Assembly (NCBI GenBank): GCA_965222155.1
Contig: CBDCTH010000012.1
Coordinates: forward strand, 1,216,001 to 1,280,000
Length of the DNA stretch: 64,000 nucleotides
Direction of reading: 5' to 3'
From: Gammaproteobacteria bacterium
GTDB lineage: Bacteria; Pseudomonadota; Gammaproteobacteria; Eutrophobiales; Eutrophobiaceae
Position numbers and translations under genes: made by a program. Positions 39,825 to 49,405 of this stretch are shown here, piece after piece. Each line of letters opens with the position of its first letter. Position 1 is the stretch's first letter. A model generated the notes under the pieces. The model did not search any database. It worked only from the letters and a program-made list of their open reading frames with translations, and was not told where the DNA came from.

Positions 39825-40091
39825 TTAGCGGCGTTTTTTTACCCTCTTTCCCCGGGGTTCCTGGAAGTTGACGCGCAGGAACTTACCCTGATACATCTTG
39901 CCGTTCAACCCTTGAATCGCTGCCCTGGCTTCGTGCCCTTCCATATCGATAAAACCAAATCCCTTGCATTTGCCGGAAAAAACATCAGTAGCAAGCTGAA
40001 TGCCCCTGACTTTTCCGTACTCCGAGAATAGTTCAGTCAGGGCGGCTTCGGTCGTTTCCATAGGCAGACTTCCAACAAACATTCTTTTCAA
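39825..40091 (-). CDS. RRM (RNP-1) RNA-binding protein
   Basis: MFVGSL (RNP2), KGFGFIDM (RNP1). Confidence 0.9.
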   Translation of the reverse strand: MKRMFVGSLPMETTEAALTELFSEYGKVRGIQLATDVFSGKCKGFGFIDMEGHEARAAIQGLNGKMYQGKFLRVNFQEPRGKRVKKRR

Positions 40092-40162
40092 AGCAATATC
40101 CTTAATCCAGAGGTCTGGATTGTTGTTGTGAAATAAGAATTACCTGATTACAGGCAATTCGA

Positions 40163-40366
40163 CTAATTAAGTTGAACGTTAACGGCTTGATCGCCTTTTG
40201 CGCCAGCCTTTTTATCAAACGAAACTTTCTGGCCTTCGCCTAAAGTCCTGAAGCCTTCTGCCTGTATAGCAGAAAAGTGGACAAAAACGTCAGCAGTCCC
40301 ATCATCGGGCGTGATAAATCCATATCCTTTAGTTTCATTAAACCATTTAACAGTACCAGTTGCCAT
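40163..40366 (-). CDS. cspA: Cold-shock protein
   Basis: [22 protein letters not shown]. Confidence 0.93.
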   Translation of the reverse strand: MATGTVKWFNETKGYGFITPDDGTADVFVHFSAIQAEGFRTLGEGQKVSFDKKAGAKGDQAVNVQLN

Positions 40367-40758
40367 ATATCACCTCATGCAAATATTAAAAAATCCCTGA
40401 ATAATTCCAGCCCGGAATTTCCAGAACATGAAAATCGAAAACTCGGGTTTTTGATTTTCTCGCATGTTCAATCATATTATGAATGAACACGATGGCGCAT
40501 CCCTATGCCGCAGTAAACTCTGAATGAATAAGAGTTCACTGGTGTCCCATGTGTTGCAAATTCAATAAGGTAATACAGGAAAAACCAACCGGAATTACTG
40601 AATTGACCAGAGAATATATGCAAACTACGTGTATAGTGTGTACGAAAATAGCGAAAATGGCAATAATAATCAACATAATAATCAAGTCTTTTCAACTAAC
40701 AGACCTTATAACGCACCATTGAACGCATTTGCCGACCAAAAAAATCAGGACGCACACC

Positions 40759-41226
40759 ATGAGTATCGAAAAATCCGGTGAGAATGATATGCTGAAACGC
40801 ATCTTCAGGATGCAGGCCGAACTGAACGATTACGTATTCAAAAAGAATAATCTCAAGGATGCTTCGGGGAATATCCTGGCCATGGATACCATTTACTCAG
40901 AAATCAGTAATGGCGCCCTCAAGGTGAATGACCTGCCCAATACATGGCTGTCAAACTATTCCAGGGCAATGCGTGAGGAGACACTGGAGCTTGATGAAGA
41001 GTTATTATGGAAATGGTGGAGCAAGGATGAGATTGACATACAGAATATCCGGGTTGAATTAATCGATATATTACATTTTCTTGTCTCCGCACTGATATGC
41101 TCAGGTCTTACGCCGGAAAAAGTGTACGAAATTTATTGCCAGAAACACGCGGTCAACCTGAACAGGCAGGACAGCGGTTACAATAAGGCAACGAAAAGTG
41201 AAGAGGACAATAAGAATATAGGCTAG
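40759..41226 (+). CDS. Dimeric (all-alpha) dUTPase-family NTP pyrophosphatase
   Basis: EETLEL, WKWW, VELIDILHF, KHAVNLNRQDSGY; start uncertain. Confidence 0.82.
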   Translation: MSIEKSGENDMLKRIFRMQAELNDYVFKKNNLKDASGNILAMDTIYSEISNGALKVNDLPNTWLSNYSRAMREETLELDEELLWKWWSKDEIDIQNIRVELIDILHFLVSALICSGLTPEKVYEIYCQKHAVNLNRQDSGYNKATKSEEDNKNIG

Positions 41227-41238
41227 GGCTTTCGGGAA

Positions 41239-41697
41239 ATGCGTTGGAACGGGGATTGCGGGCGAGGCGGCTGTTTTGTATTGTTGCTTCTCACAACTGT
41301 GGTATGTATTGGCCAGACCCATTTCAAGTCAGGTTCACTGACGATAAATACGAAATATGACAACCTGTATTACCGGGTTGAGGTTGCCGATAACGCACGA
41401 TCAAAAAGCATCGGCCTGATGTACCGGTCAACGTTACCGGCAAACCAGGGAATGTTGTTGCTTAACGAAAAACCGCAACAGTTGAATATCTGGATGAAGA
41501 ATACTTTTATCCCGCTTGATATAATCTATATCGATACGAATGGATACATAGTCAAGATCGTTGAGAACGCACAGCCGGAATCCACTGAGGTGATGCCGTC
41601 TGACGGCAGGGTCCAGGCCGTCCTGGAGCTGAATGCCGGGCAGGTACAAAAACGGGATATCGCCATTGGCGATCGCGTAACCTACCAGGTACATTAA
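41239..41697 (+). CDS. DUF192 family protein
   Basis: VEVAD...GLMYR, GML, WMKNTFIPLDIIYI, VLELNAG. Confidence 0.9.
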   Translation: MRWNGDCGRGGCFVLLLLTTVVCIGQTHFKSGSLTINTKYDNLYYRVEVADNARSKSIGLMYRSTLPANQGMLLLNEKPQQLNIWMKNTFIPLDIIYIDTNGYIVKIVENAQPESTEVMPSDGRVQAVLELNAGQVQKRDIAIGDRVTYQVH

Positions 41698-41729
41698 ATC
41701 GCACGCTGCCATGGGGATCACAAGGCTTG

Positions 41730-41905
41730 CAGGTGCTCCCGCTAACTCGAAGTCAATACAGTGATTCTTGCCGGATTCGAAGACAGCGGGGACAGATTTA
41801 AATCTGTCCCCCAGGAGTCACGGGCATTTTCCCCTGGGAGCGAGGGCGTCTCGCCCTCCACGAGAGCAGGATGCCCTAGCTCCCGGGAGTTAGCGGGAAC
41901 TGCTG
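41730..41905. mobile_element. MITE (copy 3, inverted) with near-perfect 9-bp TSD
   Basis: CAGGTGCTCCCGCTAA...TTAGCGGGAACTGCTG; flanks CAAGGCTTG / CAAGGTTTG. Confidence 0.88.
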
Positions 41906-41939
41906 CAAGGTTTGTACTCGCTGATACATAAATCACAAC

Positions 41940-43088
41940 ATGAAGATAATCCTCGCCCCAGACTCGTTCAAGGGTAGCCTGACCTCCATGGAGGTTGCCG
42001 AGGCTATGGAAAGAGGCATCAAAAGGGTGCTTCCGGGCGCTGACTGTATAAAGATTCCCATGGCCGATGGTGGGGAGGGAACAGTACAGTCCCTGCTTGA
42101 TGCGGTCGGTGGGGAGTTGATCATCTGTCAGGTCAAAGGTCCTGCCGGACAAAGCGTTACGGCCGGCTATGGGATGCTGGCGGATAACAGCACCGCGGTC
42201 ATTGAAATGGCGGCGGCTTCCGGTTTAGCGCTGGTCAGCGGCAAGACCATGAACCCGTTAAAGACTACCTCGTTCGGGACGGGTGAGCTGATCTGTCATG
42301 CCCTTGACAGGGGGGCGCAGAAAATTATTCTGGGTATTGGCGGCTCAGCCACCAACGATGCCGGCGTAGGCATGGCCCAGGCCTTGGGAGTGGTGTTTCG
42401 CAGCGGGGACGGTCGCATTATCAGACAAAACGGGTCCGGTGGGATGCTGCAAGAAATAGAGTCCGTGGACCTGGAAGACATACACCCGAAACTGCGCCAG
42501 GCTCAAATTCTGGTCGCCTGCGACGTCGACAATCCGCTGTCCGGGGAAAACGGGGCGGCCTGCGTGTTTGCTCCGCAGAAAGGCGCCGATGCGAATATGG
42601 TGAAGCTGCTTGATGACAATTTAAAACATCTGGCAAAGGTCATTATGCGGGAAATGGGTATTGACGTAGATGCCATACCGGGAGCCGGTGCGGCAGGGGG
42701 ACTGGGCGCCGGGTTGTTTGTGTTTGCCGGAGCGGAGCTCAAGAGCGGTATTGAGATCATCAGCAGGGCAACGTCCATTGAGACCCATCTACGCTCCGCT
42801 GAGCTGGTTTTTACCGGCGAGGGCAAGGTGGATTTTCAGACGGCATTCGGCAAGACCCCGGCGGGGATCGCCCGTCTTGCCGGCGAATACGGCGTACCCG
42901 TTATCGCCATCGGCGGCGCTCTGTCGGACGACGCCGGAGATGTGTTTACGCACGGGATCAATGGCCTGGAAGCTGCCATTACAAGAGACATGCCCCTGGA
43001 CGAGGCGTTGGCGAACTCAAGGGAATATATCGCTAATGCGGCAGAGCGGGTTATCCGGCTCATAAAAATCGGACAGGGAATGAAATAA
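41940..43088 (+). CDS. glxK: Glycerate kinase
   Basis: APDSFKGSL, PMADGGEG, GIGGSATNDAG, GAGAAGG, TGEG. Confidence 0.93.
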   Translation: MKIILAPDSFKGSLTSMEVAEAMERGIKRVLPGADCIKIPMADGGEGTVQSLLDAVGGELIICQVKGPAGQSVTAGYGMLADNSTAVIEMAAASGLALVSGKTMNPLKTTSFGTGELICHALDRGAQKIILGIGGSATNDAGVGMAQALGVVFRSGDGRIIRQNGSGGMLQEIESVDLEDIHPKLRQAQILVACDVDNPLSGENGAACVFAPQKGADANMVKLLDDNLKHLAKVIMREMGIDVDAIPGAGAAGGLGAGLFVFAGAELKSGIEIISRATSIETHLRSAELVFTGEGKVDFQTAFGKTPAGIARLAGEYGVPVIAIGGALSDDAGDVFTHGINGLEAAITRDMPLDEALANSREYIANAAERVIRLIKIGQGMK

Positions 43089-43272
43089 TCCACAGATGAC
43101 ACAGATGAGAATATATCCGCAGATTACGCAGATTAGCGCAGATTAAAATAAGTCTAATTTAACCCATTCGTACGTTCGAAAGATTAAATCTTCATTCGCA
43201 TGGAAACTGAAATTATAGAATTAATACCAATGTATCTGCGTTAATCTGCGTAATCTGCGTAATCTGCGGATA
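43088..43272. repeat. GCAGAT-repeat inverted element (degenerate interior)
   Basis: TATCCGCAGATTACGCAGATTAGCGCAGAT ... ATCTGCGTTAATCTGCGTAATCTGCGTAATCTGCGGATA. Confidence 0.88.
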
Positions 43273-43280
43273 ATATAATT

Positions 43281-44537
43281 ATGAAACTTTCCAACTTTGC
43301 ACAACGATTTTCAGAGCACTCCGGCATTATCCTGCTTATGGATGATTTGGGAGAGGCAATGGCCGGTGAGCAGGAGGTATTGATGCTCGGCGGTGGTAAT
43401 CCCGCGCATATCGCCGAAGTGCAGACATTTTTCCGGGCTCGAATGCAGCGCTTGCTGGACAGACCGGCCGAGTTTGCCCGTGTCGTCGGTGATTATGACC
43501 CGCCCCAGGGTAATAAAGCGTTTTTAACTGCCCTCGCGGACCTGTTAAATCGCGAATATGGCTGGGGGCTTAGTGCCGACAATGTAGCGCTTACAGCAGG
43601 AAGCCAGTCGGCTTTTTTCCTGTTGTTCAACATGTTCGCCGGTGAGTTTGCCGGTGGCAGCAGGAAGAAAATCCTGTTACCCATGGCGCCCGAATATATC
43701 GGTTACGGAGACGTGGGTCTGGTGGACGATATTTTTATGACGAACAGGCCGACAATCGAAAAGGTGGCAGATCGCACCTTCAAATATCATGTTGACTTCG
43801 ACCGCCTGACCGTGGATGAATCGATCGGCGCTATTTGCGTGTCGCGTCCGACCAACCCGACGGGCAATGTGCTGACGGACACTGAAGTGGCAAAGCTCAT
43901 AGATATTGCCGCGGATAACGCCATACCCATGATAATCGACAACGCCTATGGCATGCCGTTCCCCAATATCATATTCACCGGAGCGGAACTGGTTTGGACG
44001 GATAACATCATTCTTTCCATGAGCCTGTCAAAACTCGGCCTGCCCGGTACCCGCACGGGCATCATCGTGGCACGCCCGGACATCATCAAGACCCTCAGTA
44101 ATATCAACGGCATTCTGAATCTGGCGCCGGAAAGCGTCGGCCCGGCCCTGGCCCTGGACCTGGTCCAATCCGGAGAAGTGACTGAAATAAGCAGAACCCT
44201 TATACGGCCTTACTATGAAGAAAAGGCGAAACGGGCGATCACCCTGCTACATGAGCAATTGGCGGGGGTAGATTACTTTATACACAAGGCTGAGGGCGCA
44301 ATTTTTCTGTGGCTGTGGTTTCCCGGCCTGCCTGTCTCCAGCCTGGAACTGTATCGTCGTCTGAAGCAGCGGGGCGTCCTGATTATCCCCGGGGAGTATT
44401 TTTTCCCCGGGCTGGACGATGATCCCTGGCCCCACAAACAGGAGTGTATACGCATGACTTATTCGATGAATGACGACGTGGTGCGGGAAGGCATTGAAAT
44501 TATTGCGGAGGAGGTAAAGAAGTTATGGAAACTCTGA
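43281..44537 (+). CDS. avtA: Valine-pyruvate aminotransferase
   Basis: LMDDL, MLGGGNPA, VSRPTNPTGN, IDNAYG, SLSKLGLPG. Confidence 0.93.
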   Translation: MKLSNFAQRFSEHSGIILLMDDLGEAMAGEQEVLMLGGGNPAHIAEVQTFFRARMQRLLDRPAEFARVVGDYDPPQGNKAFLTALADLLNREYGWGLSADNVALTAGSQSAFFLLFNMFAGEFAGGSRKKILLPMAPEYIGYGDVGLVDDIFMTNRPTIEKVADRTFKYHVDFDRLTVDESIGAICVSRPTNPTGNVLTDTEVAKLIDIAADNAIPMIIDNAYGMPFPNIIFTGAELVWTDNIILSMSLSKLGLPGTRTGIIVARPDIIKTLSNINGILNLAPESVGPALALDLVQSGEVTEISRTLIRPYYEEKAKRAITLLHEQLAGVDYFIHKAEGAIFLWLWFPGLPVSSLELYRRLKQRGVLIIPGEYFFPGLDDDPWPHKQECIRMTYSMNDDVVREGIEIIAEEVKKLWKL

Positions 44538-44679
44538 ACAAGTCCGTCCAGGACTTGCCAGAGTGCGCAAAACAAAAATGTGATTTTTGTTTTGCTTCCA
44601 AAATCAATGACATATAGTCATTGATTTTGACGATACGTCCCTGTATCGTAGGAACCTCTGATTAAGTCTCAGAGGTTCC
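44527..44679. mobile_element. IS5-like MITE remnant with stacked hairpins
   Basis: GGAAACTCTGA ... three internal stem-loops ... GGAACCTCTGATTAAGTCTCAGAGGTTCC. Confidence 0.6.
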
Positions 44680-44681
44680 TT

Positions 44682-44870
44682 ATGATAAACCTGGATAATA
44701 AAGTCGCGATTATCCCCGGCGGTACTACATTAATAGGCAGAAAAGTTGCCCTCGAATTTATCAGGGCCGGCGCCAGGGTAACGGTTTGTGATATCGACGA
44801 AGCGGGCGGCAGTGAACTGGAACAGGAAGCGGGAGACGGTTTGAAGTTTATCCATGCCGACATTACCGAA
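44682..44870 (+). pseudogene. Short-chain dehydrogenase, N-terminal fragment only
   Basis: LDNKVAIIPGGTTLIG...FIHADIT, then runs into the antisense of dctM. Confidence 0.8.
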
Positions 44871-45999
44871 GCGCCAGCAATACAATCACTCCGAACCAGA
44901 TGAGGTCAAAGCCGTAATAATGAGCCAGGGGTACGAATATCGGCAGTGTCAACATCATCATGGATAACTGCTCCATAAATGCGCCCAGCATAAGCATGAT
45001 GACGAACATGATGAGCAAGGCCGCTATAGGGGTGAGGGTCAAAGTTCCGACCCATTCCACCAGACCTGTTGTTGCGCCTGAAAAAGCAAGCACCTTGCTG
45101 AAAGTGGAAGCGCCAAGAATAATCATGAACATCATCACTGTCACCCGGGTGGCGCCGAGAAACGATTTAATGATGACGTCCGTTGTCAGACAACGAAAAC
45201 AGGCGGCAAGAATGATCACGCCGGCAACGCCGCAGGCTGCTGACTCGGTTGGCGTTGCCCATCCCAGCATGATCATGCCGACCACTAAAAAGACAATGAA
45301 ACTCATCGGCAACACGTCCCTGACAACCAGCAGAACTTTTTGTCCGGATGATATTTCAAACACGTCGTATGCCGGAGCCGCATCGGGGTCCATGCGAATG
45401 CTGATGATGATGTAGATTCCGTATAACGTCGCCAGCAACAATCCGGGGACAATCCCGGCAATGAGTAACAGGCCGATATCGATATAGGCCAGACTACCCA
45501 GTAATACGGCAAGAGCAGAGGGCGGGATAAGTATGGCGAGACCGCCCACACCCAGTATCGGCCCAATGGACAAACGGTTTTTATAACCGCGTTTTTTCAT
45601 TTCCGGCACCATTAAAGTACCTAACAGGGCAGTGGACGCCATACTGGAACCGGACAGTGCAGCAAACATGGTGCCGCCACCTACGGTGACAAAGGATAAT
45701 CGCCCGGGCAGACGGCCAAACAATTTATCCAATGCGTTAAAGGCGCGAAACCCCAACCCGGAATGAAAAAATAACTCACCCATAATCAGGAACAAGGGAA
45801 CGGGAACCAGGGAGAAGCGGGTCAACGCATTCGCCGCGTTCCTGACCAGTTGCGCCAGCCCGGCATCACCTCCCATAAACAACATGACCCCAATAACGTC
45901 CGCGCCCAGAAAGGCAAACGCGACCGGCAAACCCAGTGCAATCAGGAAAATCGTGATGCCGAGCATCAGGGCAAACGCGACAAACCAGATCAGGTACAT
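44863..45999 (-). pseudogene. dctM: TRAP transporter large permease DctM, 3'-truncated
   Basis: FAALSGSS, LIPPS, ATPTESA; ends abruptly at WFGVIVLLAL before the usual TPP helix. Confidence 0.8.
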
Positions 46000-46030
46000 T
46001 TTTCAGTCTTCCGGACCATCATGGTTTGCG

Positions 46031-46540
46031 TTATTCATGGATCCCGATTTCACCGTCATACATGTTGTCAATCCCTATCAGGTAACGGCTGAACTCAATC
46101 GTTAACAAGAAAAACGAGACAGGCATGATGGCGAAAATCAGCCAGCGCGGCATATCAAATGAGCGAACTTCCTGGTCACCCCTGATCCAGGTTTCAATTG
46201 TCACCTGACCGGCGTAATAGCAAATCAGCACACAGGTGATCAGGCAAAGCAGGTAGCTGAGTCTGGAAATAAATGGCCGTAGCGGCGCAGGTATGACGGC
46301 GATAATCAGTTGCATGTAGACATGGTGCTTTTTTCTGACCAGCCAGGGCGCGCCGAGCAGGGTGACGTAATACAGGCCGTATTCCGTCAACGCCAGTGTG
46401 TGGGTGAACGGCGGCAAGCCGATATTTCGGGCTATAACGTCATACAGTATGAACAGAGTAAGCAGCGCGAGAATCCCCGCGCCCAGCGAGAAAAGGCCGA
46501 ATAACAGCTTTTCGTAAACGCCCCCGGGTTGATGATTCAT
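46031..46540 (-). CDS. dctQ: TRAP transporter small permease
   Basis: 4 TM segments, YDVIARN, LGAPWLVRKKHHV. Confidence 0.85.
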   Translation of the reverse strand: MNHQPGGVYEKLLFGLFSLGAGILALLTLFILYDVIARNIGLPPFTHTLALTEYGLYYVTLLGAPWLVRKKHHVYMQLIIAVIPAPLRPFISRLSYLLCLITCVLICYYAGQVTIETWIRGDQEVRSFDMPRWLIFAIMPVSFFLLTIEFSRYLIGIDNMYDGEIGIHE

Positions 46541-47544
46541 TCCTGTTGTGTCTCCTCAGCCCGATAAAATTTGTCGAGCAGTCCCGGATAATGCTCGGGC
46601 GAGCGTTTTTTCAAACGCTGCCAGATCACGTCGTGCGCGAGTTTGCGATACTTTTTTTCACCGGACTGATCCAGTTCGACAATATTCATGCCCAGTTGAC
46701 GCATGCGTTCATCCAATGTCCGGGTTAATTTCCGGAAGCGATGGTAACTGCTTGTCTCATACTCGATGGCAGCAGCGCGCAGAGTGTCCCGAATCTGTGC
46801 AGGGAGTTGTTCCCACCTGTCCTGGTTAAAAATGATGCCCACGTCGCTGGAAAAAACGCCGGGGTCTATACGGTATTGAAGATGTTGGCGCCAGGACGCA
46901 TCTTCAAGACCGATAATCGGCCAACCCAGTCCTTGTATCATATTACGCTCCAGGGCCATATAGATATCCGGCGCGGCCACATTGACAAATTGAGCGCCCA
47001 GATTACTGATAAAGTCACGCCATACCGGTCCACCGCGGATCAGCTTGGAACGAAGCTCTGGTATGCCGTCAGCACCTAACAATGGTTGTTCACGAGTAAA
47101 CACGTGAAATTCGATAAACATGGCGCGAGCCAGGTAACGCACGCCTAACTTTTGCTGATGTATTCTATCCATTAATTCGATACCGCCATTGCTGCGCGTC
47201 TCCCAGGGGGGCAGATTACTGGCGAACAACGCTTCAACCTCCGGCAATAAACCGATGTAATAGGTCGCCGGGCCAAATACCAGGTGCACGACGCCGGTCC
47301 TTACCGCATCAGCCTGTTCAAACGTCGGTATTGCTTCCGGTCCACCGACGAAAATAATCTTGAAATTACCTTCGCCCAGCTTATTGACCTGTTTGATCCA
47401 CTTTTCAAAATCCTGGGTATAGTCGGTTTGTCTGGGCAGCATGCTGACAGCCCGAATGATTTCGACATTCGATTGCTGGCTGCACGCGATCAGCGACAGC
47501 ATGGAAAATAACAGTATCGATTTGATAAGATGGGCAGGAATCAT
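46537..47544 (-). CDS. dctP: TRAP substrate-binding protein (lipoprotein)
   Basis: Lipobox LIAC, GGPEAIPTFEQADAVRTGVV, DIYMALER. Confidence 0.85.
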   Translation of the reverse strand: MIPAHLIKSILLFSMLSLIACSQQSNVEIIRAVSMLPRQTDYTQDFEKWIKQVNKLGEGNFKIIFVGGPEAIPTFEQADAVRTGVVHLVFGPATYYIGLLPEVEALFASNLPPWETRSNGGIELMDRIHQQKLGVRYLARAMFIEFHVFTREQPLLGADGIPELRSKLIRGGPVWRDFISNLGAQFVNVAAPDIYMALERNMIQGLGWPIIGLEDASWRQHLQYRIDPGVFSSDVGIIFNQDRWEQLPAQIRDTLRAAAIEYETSSYHRFRKLTRTLDERMRQLGMNIVELDQSGEKKYRKLAHDVIWQRLKKRSPEHYPGLLDKFYRAEETQQE

Positions 47545-47557
47545 ACAATAGAGCTTA

Positions 47558-47584
47558 GGAGCCTCTGATTAAGTCAGAGTTTCC
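47558..47584. repeat. Minimal IS5-like end pair (27 bp) flanked by CTTA
   Basis: CTTA-GGAGCCTCTGATTAAGTCAGAGTTTCC-CTTA, similar to 44651-44679. Confidence 0.6.
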
Positions 47585-47602
47585 CTTAATATAACATACG
47601 CT

Positions 47603-48835
47603 GTGAATAATAACGTCGCATCGACAGACACTATGAATTTACCTGCAAGACTGGATGGCCACAGCAAGCCGCAACTGCCGGCAACGCACTATCTGGATAA
47701 CCGTATATATACCGACCCGGCCGTATTCGAACGTGAACAACAGCATATTCTGGCGCCTTCCTGGCGTTTTGTCTGCCATGCCTCCGAGATACCGCAGCCG
47801 TTTGATTATCGCCTGGTTCGGGTTGCCGGCCACGAACTGGTCCTGGTCAGGGGAAAAGACCGGCGGCTTCGAGCCTTCTATAACAGTTGCGCCCATCGTG
47901 GCGCACGGGTGGTCAGGCGATCGGCCGGCAAACTGGAACAGGGGCGCATGACCTGTTTCTATCACCTGTGGAGCTATGATGATAGCGGGCGTTGTACCGG
48001 TATTTCTCGACCTTCAGGCTATCGGAATTCATCAGTGCGAAAAGAAGATGTCAGCCTGAAATCCGTCCGCGTCGAAACGCTGTTCGATCTTGTTTTTGTG
48101 TGTCTGGATGAAGATGCGGGATCATTACAGGATTTTCTCGGAGAATCTGTTATTGACACCATACGTACGCCGTTCGGCATGGCCGACCTCGAAGTATTTC
48201 ATATTCATCGTACGGAAATTCAGGCCAACTGGAAATTGTTCGTTGAAACAAATTACGAGGGATACCACGAATTATTGCACTTATTAAACCGCACCACCGG
48301 CGTTGCGCAGCAGGACTACCAAAAGCGGCAATGGAGGATTCATCCACGCGGACACGTCAGCTTTGATCATGCCAGGATCAGTTACCGGAATTTAAACTAC
48401 GAGCAACGTGAAGACGACAGGGTGCCGGGTATGGAACCTAATGGACATGTGGTAATAAACCTGTTTCCTGATATGTTGTTGAACTGTCGCTCAACCGTGG
48501 TTCGCATTGATTCATTAATACCGTTATCACCCGATCGCACGTTATTGGAATGTCGCGGTTTAGGCCTGGCTAATGACACTGAAGCAGTGCGGGCGATGCG
48601 AGTCCGGCACCATAACCAGGTATGGGGGCCGACCGGGATTAACCTGGCTGAGGATGTCTGGGCAGTGCAGGCGCAAATGCGTAATATGAAAAATGGCAGC
48701 AGCCACTACAGCGTCATCGCACGCGAGGAAGACGGTCCCATGAGTGATTCTTCATTACGTGGTTTTTACGCGGAATGGAGTCGCCTGACCGGTTACAGAC
48801 CATATGATCTCAATACTGTGAACACCGGCACATAG
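47603..48835 (+). CDS. Rieske non-heme iron oxygenase alpha subunit (methanesulfonate monooxygenase MsmA-like)
   Basis: CAH-X19-CFYH Rieske motif, ETNYEGYHELLH iron site, HNQVWGP, FYAEWSR. Confidence 0.85.
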   Translation: MNNNVASTDTMNLPARLDGHSKPQLPATHYLDNRIYTDPAVFEREQQHILAPSWRFVCHASEIPQPFDYRLVRVAGHELVLVRGKDRRLRAFYNSCAHRGARVVRRSAGKLEQGRMTCFYHLWSYDDSGRCTGISRPSGYRNSSVRKEDVSLKSVRVETLFDLVFVCLDEDAGSLQDFLGESVIDTIRTPFGMADLEVFHIHRTEIQANWKLFVETNYEGYHELLHLLNRTTGVAQQDYQKRQWRIHPRGHVSFDHARISYRNLNYEQREDDRVPGMEPNGHVVINLFPDMLLNCRSTVVRIDSLIPLSPDRTLLECRGLGLANDTEAVRAMRVRHHNQVWGPTGINLAEDVWAVQAQMRNMKNGSSHYSVIAREEDGPMSDSSLRGFYAEWSRLTGYRPYDLNTVNTGT

Positions 48836-48836
48836 C

Positions 48837-49307
48837 ATGTCAGAGGAGATCAATACGCAATTTGAATTGAATCGGTTGATTCATGCTTCTGCGCGTTACC
48901 TGGACAGCCACGATTTCCAGGCGTACCTGGATCTGTACAAGGAAGAGGGCGTCTATACGGTTATTACCAAAGCGCCAGAACTGGCGGAGCCTATGGTATG
49001 GATGCAGCATTCGTGCAGTGAATTACGGGAACGTATTGCTGCCATGACTGAACAGGAATGGGAGATTGCCGATGTGGAACAGACGCGTGTATTGTCTGTT
49101 GACCTGGTTGAAGTTAGCGCAGATACGGCAAATACATCCAGTAGTTTTGCCTTGTACCATACCGACCAGGAGGGCCTTACGTCATGTTATGCGGTAGGTC
49201 GTTATGATGATTGTTGGGAGAAAGATACGAACTCATGGATGTTGCGCAGTCGCCGGGTCGGACTAAAAACCCGGCAACTGAGCATGCCTTCACCATTGCC
49301 CATATAA
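48837..49307 (+). CDS. Rieske oxygenase beta subunit (SnoaL/NTF2 fold, MsmB-like)
   Basis: ARYLDSHDF, AVGRYDD, RRVGLKTRQL; adjacent to the alpha subunit. Confidence 0.8.
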   Translation: MSEEINTQFELNRLIHASARYLDSHDFQAYLDLYKEEGVYTVITKAPELAEPMVWMQHSCSELRERIAAMTEQEWEIADVEQTRVLSVDLVEVSADTANTSSSFALYHTDQEGLTSCYAVGRYDDCWEKDTNSWMLRSRRVGLKTRQLSMPSPLPI

Positions 49308-49405
49308 AGCTGCTTCCTGGAAAAAAGAGATACATCAGCAACTGCCCTTTTCTTTTTTCGTAATAACTCTTACTATTCATCAGGATTAATTTAAATTGAT
49401 AAAGT

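Noticed and set aside
41742-42152. ORFs crossing MITEs (also 20573-20821, 57781-58044, 57875-58057) sharing GTDLNLSP or GDRFKSVP
   Set aside because: The shared peptides come from the palindromic MITE core, not from a protein family.
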